Assembly (NCBI GenBank): GCA_031409335.1
Contig: JANNWY010000046.1
Span: 1-15,541 of the forward strand
Length of the DNA stretch: 15,541 nt
Origin: Chthoniobacteraceae bacterium
GTDB taxonomy: Bacteria > Verrucomicrobiota > Verrucomicrobiia > Chthoniobacterales > Chthoniobacteraceae
Reading direction: 5' to 3'
Shown here: positions 1 through 4,984 of the stretch, piece by piece
How the letters are laid out: every line of letters starts with the position of its first letter
Numbering within the stretch: position 1 is the first letter of the stretch
The notes under the pieces: generated by a model
Database searches by the model: none
Told to the model about the DNA's origin: nothing
What the model saw: only the letters and a program-made list of their open reading frames with translations
Translations under genes and position numbers: made by a program

Positions 1-136
1 TCCGGGTCCGCGACCGAATAATAATGGGCCGAATGCTTGAAAAAACGGAGTGATGTTAGGCATACTTACTTACCATTAACCACCCAGCGACATTAGCAGC
101 TTTTTATCCGAAATTGCCCTTAACTTAATGCCATTC

Positions 137-172
137 GGGTCGGTCCGTGCATATGTGCAAAATATGTGCAAA
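137..172 (+). repeat. GGGTCGGTCCGTGCATATGTGCAAAA motif with tandem ATATGTGCAAA x2 (151-161, 162-172)
   Basis: Exact 11-bp tandem. Related copies of the motif occur at ~424-450, 604-614 (truncated) and ~1461-1483. Confidence 0.75.
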
Positions 173-206
173 AGGCATTTTCCCGGAAATGAACAGCACG
201 CGGACC

Positions 207-370
207 GGCGATGGGTTTCGGGTAGGGTGGGCGTCCCGCCTGGCGGGCCGGGCGTCCCGCGCGCCCCTCTGAAGTCTCGGGGCGACCCCCGCTTTCTCCG
301 GGGGGGAGGGGTTCCGCGATACGCAGCACCCGGCAGGGGGGACGCCCACCCTACCCAAAGACCCATCGCC
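207..370. repeat. GTAG-type REP doublet (REPIN-like) with ~42-bp inverted arms
   Basis: 207-247 GGCGATGGGTTTCGGGTAGGGTGGGCGTCCCGCCTGGCGGG is the reverse complement of 329-370 with about 4 differences. The arms contain the GTAG tag followed by GGTGGGCGTCCCGCC. Confidence 0.8.
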
Positions 371-432
371 CGTTTCGGCCACGGTCGCTCTGATTTCGAG
401 CGGTGGGATGAATCGAGTGGAAAGGGTTCGGG

Positions 433-595
433 CCGTGCATGTGTGCAAAAAATCCAAAGCCTGTCATGTTGAGCGAAGTCCAAACACCTCTTACTTTTCC
501 CCGCGCCTCACCTTCGCCCGCGCGGAGATGCGAGACGTCTTTCGGCTTCGCTCAAGATAACAGGCTTTTTCGAGGCGCTTCGCTTCGGGGTTCCG
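433..595 (+). repeat. Direct repeat copy 1 (163 bp) containing a REP-like hairpin (arms 456-484 / 540-568)
   Basis: Aligns to 1466-1627 with 9 substitutions and 1 indel by manual count. Hairpin arms AAAGCCTGTCATGTTGAGCGAAGTCCAAA and TTTCGGCTTCGCTCAAGATAACAGGCTTT pair at 25/29 positions. Confidence 0.92.
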
Positions 596-698
596 AGGGG
601 AAAGGGTCGGTCCGAAGAGCCGCGAAGAACGGGGTCGATGCGTGAATCGTGAGTTTTCAGGTCGGTGGGCGTCGATAGGTGCCCGGCGGCTGGATGGG

Positions 699-749
699 CG
701 AAGCGCAGCTTCGGGAAGCGGCACTTCCCAAGTGGAGCATGGGTGCGAG
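699..749. repeat. Degenerate half REP-like palindromic element
   Basis: Hairpins CGAAGCGCAGCTTCG (699-713) and GGGAAG..CTTCCC (713-729), then CTTCCCAAGTGGAGCATGGGTGCGAG, which resembles GTTCCCAAGCTGGAGCTTGGGAACGAG-type intergenic palindromes (recalled, not searched). Confidence 0.4.
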
Positions 750-775
750 TAAAACCGGTTTCATCGCCACCGCGC

Positions 776-805
776 TTGAGCTTCGCGCGGAGGGCGTGCT
801 ACGTT
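776..805 (+). promoter_or_regulatory. Putative sigma70 promoter for the TA operon (likely leaderless mRNA)
   Basis: TTGAGC (776-781), 18-bp spacer, TGc-TACGTT extended -10 (797-805), then 7 nt to the ATG at 813. No Shine-Dalgarno at normal spacing. Confidence 0.45.
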
Positions 806-812
806 CCGCACC

Positions 813-1043
813 ATGAGCACAGTGACTGAAATCGAAGCTGCATTGCCGACGCTTTCCGCAGAGGAATTGCGCCGCATCGAAGCGGCTGTGCATCGTGCCC
901 AGCACCAGCAACGCAGCCCTGCGGGCAGCGGCGCACCGAAATTTCACGACCTCGATTCGCTCATCGGATCGTGGCGGGAGGATGCGGAGTTCGATGCGGC
1001 GATCCGCGCTTTCGAGCAGGTGGACGAGGCGATGTGGAAATGA
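813..1043 (+). CDS. Putative antitoxin (VapB-like), 76 aa
   Basis: Small ORF with an acidic C-terminus (HDLDSLIGSWREDAEFDAAIRAFEQVDEAMWK). Its stop overlaps the PIN toxin start as ATGA at 1040-1043. Confidence 0.85.
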   Translation: MSTVTEIEAALPTLSAEELRRIEAAVHRAQHQQRSPAGSGAPKFHDLDSLIGSWREDAEFDAAIRAFEQVDEAMWK

Positions 1044-1423
1044 ACGTTGCCCTCGACACGAACGCATACAGCGACTTTATGCGTGGCGTGCCGGAGCGGG
1101 TTCAGGTCCTCCAGTCGGCAGAGCACATCCATTTGCCGCTCATCGTGCTCGGCGAGCTCCGCGCCGGCTTTGCCGCTGGCAGCCGGGAGGAAGAGAATCT
1201 CGAAGCTCTACGGACGTTTCTCGCGAGCCCGCGCGTGTCAGTTCTGTCTCCCGACGAGGCGACGACCGGGCACTACGCCCGGATTTTCGTCAGTCTCCGC
1301 AGAAAAGGCGTCGCCATTCCGACGAATGATCTGTGGATTGCGGCCCTCGCGCTGCAATTCGATCTCGACTTGTGCAGCTCCGATGCGCACTTCGATGACC
1401 TTGAGGGACTGCGGCTTTGCTAG
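1040..1423 (+). CDS. vapC: PIN-domain ribonuclease toxin, VapC family, 127 aa
   Basis: MNVALDTNAYS (LDTN motif), VLGELRAG, PTNDLWIAA and SSDAHF supply the conserved acidic PIN residues. The start is reassigned from 971 to the coupled ATG at 1040. Confidence 0.95.
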   Translation: MNVALDTNAYSDFMRGVPERVQVLQSAEHIHLPLIVLGELRAGFAAGSREEENLEALRTFLASPRVSVLSPDEATTGHYARIFVSLRRKGVAIPTNDLWIAALALQFDLDLCSSDAHFDDLEGLRLC

Positions 1424-1465
1424 CCCAGCCCTCGTGAATCGCTCGCAGCTCGCGGGGAAAGGGGT

Positions 1466-1627
1466 CCGTGCATGTGTGCAAAAAATCCAAAGGCCATCAT
1501 GTTGAGCGAAGTCGAAACACCTCTTACTTTCCCCGCCCCTCGCCTTCGCCCGCGCGGAGATGCGAGAGGTCTTTCGGCTTCGCTCAAGATGACAGGCTTT
1601 TTCCAGGCGCTTCGCTTCGGGGTTCCG
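1466..1627 (+). repeat. Direct repeat copy 2 (162 bp) with REP-like hairpin (arms ~1489-1517 / 1572-1600)
   Basis: About 94% identical to 433-595 by manual alignment. Confidence 0.92.
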
Positions 1628-1690
1628 TCGGCTGACGCATTCTCGGCGGTTCGCCCAGCGGGCAGTGCGTAGTAGTTTCAGAGCCTCTCA

Positions 1691-1813
1691 ACGACTGTGA
1701 AAAAAGGCCGGTCCATAGCCTCACGCAAAGCACGCCACGGTCGCAAAGGGATGAAAAGCAGGGAGCCTGGCGACCTTTGCGCCGTTGGCGTGAGCACTTT
1801 TTTTCACCGCCTC
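1691..1813. repeat. Nested palindromic element, possibly a MITE
   Basis: Outer inverted repeat GTGAAAAAAG (1697-1706) / CTTTTTTTCAC (1797-1807). Inner inverted repeats CTCACGC (1720) / GCGTGAG (1788) and CACGCCACGGTCGCAAAGG (1731-1749) / CCTTTGCGCCGTTGGCGTG (1774-1792). Confidence 0.6.
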
Positions 1814-2043
1814 AAAGGTAGCGGCTGGCTGGACGAAGGGAGGCGATTTCCGGGGCTGCCTTGGCTCGTCCGAAGACCGGCCAAAGGGTTCCAGACACCG
1901 GAAAGTCTCCGGCTGGTCTCGGAAAACGATCTTCCAAGGCGGAAAAATCGCGCGCTGTCATTTGGAAGATGCGGGGTTTGGCTACGACCTTCTTGAAGCA
2001 AAATACGGTGGCGAGTCTTTGGAGAAATCGCGCGTCGGCGCGC

Positions 2044-2377
2044 TCAGGTCTGGGCGTGAGGAACGAGATGCAGCAATTCGGCAAGCCGCGCGCCGAGCCG
2101 CGCAAATTCGGCATCGCTCAAGCGGCCGAGGCGCCGCTCGAAGCGGGGCGGCGACACCGGCTGCACCTGCTGGAAGATGGAAGGCGCCAGGCTGGAGAAA
2201 TGGCTTGGGCAGGGCGAATTCCCAGCGATTGCCACGGAGGGCAGTGGTGTGCGGAACGATGACGATGAGGGCGAGTTCATCGGGTTCCGGGTAGTCGCTC
2301 AGGATAAGACACGGGCGAATTTTCGCCGCCATGCCGAGATCGACTAGCCAGATTTCACTGGGTGCCGGAGGGGCCAT
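2044..2377 (-). pseudogene. mazF: PemK/MazF-family endoribonuclease toxin, frameshifted by one extra base near 2172-2175
   Basis: One frame reads MAPPAPSEIWLVDLGMAAKIRPCLILS..IVPHTT..GAFHL; the continuation QQVQPVSPPRFERRLGRLSDAEFARLGARLAELL is in the adjacent frame. Removing one base gives a typical 110-aa PemK. Confidence 0.85.
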
Positions 2378-2546
2378 CCTCCGCCTCCAGCGCATCAAGC
2401 ATCACAAACCGCGCGTCGGCCCGGCGGTCGCAATCGGCGAGAACCGCAGTTTCTTCATCCGCAAAATCGAACAATTGCCGCGCTAGCTCACGCCGCTCGT
2501 CGCGTTTCAATTTCGGCAATTCTTGGACGATTTCAGCAAGACTCAT
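2355..2546 (-). CDS. Putative antitoxin, 63 aa
   Basis: MSLAEIVQELPKLKRDERRELARQLF... with an acidic tail. It lies upstream of the pemK start and overlaps it by 23 nt. The start is reassigned to the ATG at 2546. Confidence 0.75.
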   Translation of the reverse strand: MSLAEIVQELPKLKRDERRELARQLFDFADEETAVLADCDRRADARFVMLDALEAEDGPSGTQ

Positions 2547-2610
2547 GCGGTGGAACTTATCTTCACAGCCTTCGGCTGGCGAACGAAAAGCCTGATCGTG
2601 AGCCGGTGCC

Positions 2611-4131
2611 TCACTCCGCCTTGCTGAGGCCCGGATTGTCCTTCTCCACACCGTTGTTCCAATACGCCTGCATCTCCTCCTTCGTCGGCATCTTTAGCGG
2701 GCGCACGATGCGGAAGCCGAGGAATTGCGCGTCGGTGTGATACCAGATGCTCTTGGGCAATTGCGGGTCTTGAATCTTCCAGCTTTTGTCGGAGGCGCGT
2801 CGGGCGGCGGCGCGTAGTTTCTCCGGTTTGTCATCATCCCACGAACCGCCGCGGGCGCTGTGTGGATAAGGCTTCGTCGCCTTGTTCCACGGATTCGCGG
2901 CGGGTGCGTTGGCGTAAAACGCGGGGTCGTACTGGTCGAGCGTCCATTCCAGCACGTTGCCGAGGATGTCGTGGAGGCCCCAAGGATTCGGTTTCTTCTT
3001 GCCCACTTTCTGATACTTGAAATCCGCATTCTTTCCCCACCAACAGTAGTCGCTCATCTCCTTCGGATCATCGCCCCAAAAGTACGCCGTCGTCGTCCCG
3101 GCGCGCGCCGCGTATTCCCACTCGGCCTCGGTCGGCAGGCGGTAAAAGTGGCCCGTCTTCGCGCTCAGCCACTGGCAGAATTTGTTCGCCGAATGCTGCG
3201 TCATCGAGATCGCCGGGAAGCCATCCTTCCCCATGCCAAAGCTCATCTCCACGTAAGGCTGCGTCGGGCGTGTCACCGCGTCGGTGAGCGCATTCAGGGA
3301 AGCCTCGAGCTGCTTCGCCTCGCGGGTTTTTTTCTCCTCGTTCGGATACATGAAAAGCTCGAACGCATTCCACGTCGTCTCGAATTTCTGCATCCAGAAA
3401 GGCGCGATCTCCACGTCGCGCTGCGGGCCTTCATCGGAATCCACGCCCTCGGGCCAGCCGCGCTTTTTCCGCTCCTTCTCCTGCTCCGTCGGCGGCATCC
3501 CCACGACCCCGCGACCCTTCTCGCTGTCGGGACTTCCCATTTTGAATTTCCCCGCCGGAATCGGCAGCATCTCGAAATCCACATCGGTGCCGGGAATCGT
3601 CGTGGTGTAAGCCTTCATCTCGCCCGGCTCCTTTTCCTTCGTCGTCGCGCCGATCCGGTCCGCGATATTCGCGACGATCAGCGCCTCGGCTCCGGCGTTC
3701 GAGGCGACTTCCTTTTTTCGCCCGATCAGCTTCGAGTTTTCCGGCCACTTCGCGCCTTCGTTGATCCATGTTTTCAAAGTCTCCGTTTCCACCTTTGCCA
3801 AACGCTCCAACGCGCCGGTCGCCTTGTTCTTTGGCGGCATCACTTTCTTCGCGTCATCCGGCAACACGGTGGTCGTGTAGAGTTTGCTCTTCTCGGCGTC
3901 GCCCGCGACGATCGTGTTCTTCGCCTCGGTGGCAGTTTCGCGGCTGGAGAGATCGAGGTCCGTATGGCCTTCCTCATAGTCGGTCGCTTTCGGGTTGTGG
4001 CAGCGGACGCAGTTGAATTCGAGGATCGGCTTCACGTCCTTTTCAAAATCGACTGCGGCAAAGGCGGGCGCGGCGAGGAGCGCGGCGAGGAGCGCGGCGG
4101 TGAGAGCTAGAATGGAATGGCGGTTCATCAT
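2611..4131 (-). CDS. Secreted protein with a Planctomycete-type cytochrome c domain and an FGE-sulfatase (SUMF1/EgtB/PvdO) domain
   Basis: Signal peptide ending APAFA; FEKDVKPILEFNCVRCH (CxxCH) with MPP and WINEGA; FGE motifs FKMGS, RLPTEAEWEYAARAG, PNPWGLHDILGNVLEW, RGGSW and GFR. The start may be 4128. Confidence 0.92.
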   Translation of the reverse strand: MMNRHSILALTAALLAALLAAPAFAAVDFEKDVKPILEFNCVRCHNPKATDYEEGHTDLDLSSRETATEAKNTIVAGDAEKSKLYTTTVLPDDAKKVMPPKNKATGALERLAKVETETLKTWINEGAKWPENSKLIGRKKEVASNAGAEALIVANIADRIGATTKEKEPGEMKAYTTTIPGTDVDFEMLPIPAGKFKMGSPDSEKGRGVVGMPPTEQEKERKKRGWPEGVDSDEGPQRDVEIAPFWMQKFETTWNAFELFMYPNEEKKTREAKQLEASLNALTDAVTRPTQPYVEMSFGMGKDGFPAISMTQHSANKFCQWLSAKTGHFYRLPTEAEWEYAARAGTTTAYFWGDDPKEMSDYCWWGKNADFKYQKVGKKKPNPWGLHDILGNVLEWTLDQYDPAFYANAPAANPWNKATKPYPHSARGGSWDDDKPEKLRAAARRASDKSWKIQDPQLPKSIWYHTDAQFLGFRIVRPLKMPTKEEMQAYWNNGVEKDNPGLSKAE

Positions 4132-4185
4132 TGGAAAATACGATGTGATGGGATGGCGTCGGATGCGTCAATCCCGTTGGCGGAA

Positions 4186-4213
4186 AATTCCAAGAGCCAG
4201 AATCCAAACTCCA
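4186..4213. repeat. Degenerate heptamer tandem repeat x4
   Basis: AATTCCA AGAGCCA GAATCCA AACTCCA. Confidence 0.55.
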
Positions 4214-4256
4214 ACGAAATCTCGCGACTGAAACCGGGCGCGCGCTGCTCGGATTG

Positions 4257-4351
4257 AAACACAGAGGCACAGAGAACACGGAGATTCACAGAGAGGGGAT
4301 TTCGTTTTCCAAACCTTTGTGAACCTCCGTGCTCTCTGTGCCTCCGTGTTT
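4257..4351. repeat. 37-bp inverted repeat built from CACRGAG sub-repeats; possible terminator or mRNA stabiliser on the minus strand
   Basis: 4257-4293 pairs with 4315-4351 with 4 mismatches, and each arm holds four CACRGAG-like units. Confidence 0.85.
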
Positions 4352-4369
4352 AAGAAAGGCGCGCAGCAG

Positions 4370-4810
4370 CTACACACCGATATCCTCATTCCACAGCTCC
4401 GGTTTCTCGCGGATGAATTTCTCCATCATCGCGACGCACTCCGGCAGATCGAGATCGATCACTTCGATGCCATGCTCGCGCATAAATTCCGGCGCGCCGG
4501 GAAACGTCCGGCTCTCCCCGACGATCACCTTTTTTATCCCAAACTGCACCGCCGCCCCCGCGCAGAAATAACACGGCATCAGCGTCGAGTAGAGCGTGCA
4601 GCCGCGATAGGAGCCGATGCGGCCCGCATTGCGCAGGCAGTCCGTCTCCGCGTGCGTCATCGGGTCGTCGTCCTGCACGCGTTTGTTGTGACCGGAGGCG
4701 AGCAGCTTCCCGTCCCGCATCAATGAAGAGCCGATCGGGATTCCGCCCTCGGCCAGTCCCTGCCGCGCTTCGTCGATCGCGGCCTGCATGAATGGGTCGA
4801 TGTTTGACAT
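4370..4810 (-). CDS. Zinc-dependent nucleoside/cytosine deaminase (CDA fold, yeast Fcy1-like), 146 aa
   Basis: GGIPIGS, GHNKRVQ, HAE, LYSTLMPCYFC (PCxxC) and C-terminal WNEDIG. The start is reassigned to the ATG at 4810. Confidence 0.93.
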   Translation of the reverse strand: MSNIDPFMQAAIDEARQGLAEGGIPIGSSLMRDGKLLASGHNKRVQDDDPMTHAETDCLRNAGRIGSYRGCTLYSTLMPCYFCAGAAVQFGIKKVIVGESRTFPGAPEFMREHGIEVIDLDLPECVAMMEKFIREKPELWNEDIGV

Positions 4811-4949
4811 GGGCCGACCATGAGGAGGATCAGCGCTTGGGAAAAGCACGGAGTGGGTTCTCGACACGATGGATTGTCGGCGAAAAAGGAAAGGCGACCG
4901 GTCCGTGTGCAACGTTGCTGAAGCCAGCGAGCGCGGTTCGATCTGCAAC

Positions 4950-4978
4950 TTGCCCGATGCGTTTTATTTGTTCATAAT
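4950..4978 (+). promoter_or_regulatory. Putative sigma70 promoter of the PEP-CTERM gene (leaderless)
   Basis: TTGCCC (4950-4955), 17-bp AT-rich spacer, CATAAT (4973-4978), then 6 nt to the ATG at 4985. Confidence 0.6.
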
Positions 4979-4984
4979 TCACGC

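Noticed and set aside
1..130. Possible tRNA 3' end (TCCGGGTCCGCGACC), integron attI (GTTAGGC at 55-61) or dif site
   Set aside because: There is no CCA or verifiable cloverleaf, no attC-type RYYYAAC...GTTRRRY pairs or integrase, and no XerC arm. The stretch is AT-rich but cannot be assigned.
76..724. Short ORFs across the left repeat region, and 1472-1672, 1697-1996, 1861-2262
   Set aside because: They are translations of palindromic or repeat DNA, or antisense to pemK, with no protein-like motifs.
137..1627. CRISPR array
   Set aside because: The repeats are few, irregularly spaced (about 170-860 bp apart) and up to 163 bp long, and no cas genes are present.
1830..2040. Small hairpin ATCTTCCAA/TTGGAAGAT and repeated GGARAAATCGCGCG downstream of pemK
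   Set aside because: These are too short and degenerate to define an element, and no gene remnant was recognisable.
2640..2860. Diversity-generating retroelement target (FGE-type C-lectin fold)
   Set aside because: I found no template repeat differing at adenines and no reverse transcriptase in the window.
4068..4099. 12-bp tandem repeat encoding AALL-AALL in the signal peptide
   Set aside because: It is real but in-frame and only lengthens the hydrophobic core, so it is not a phase-variation switch.
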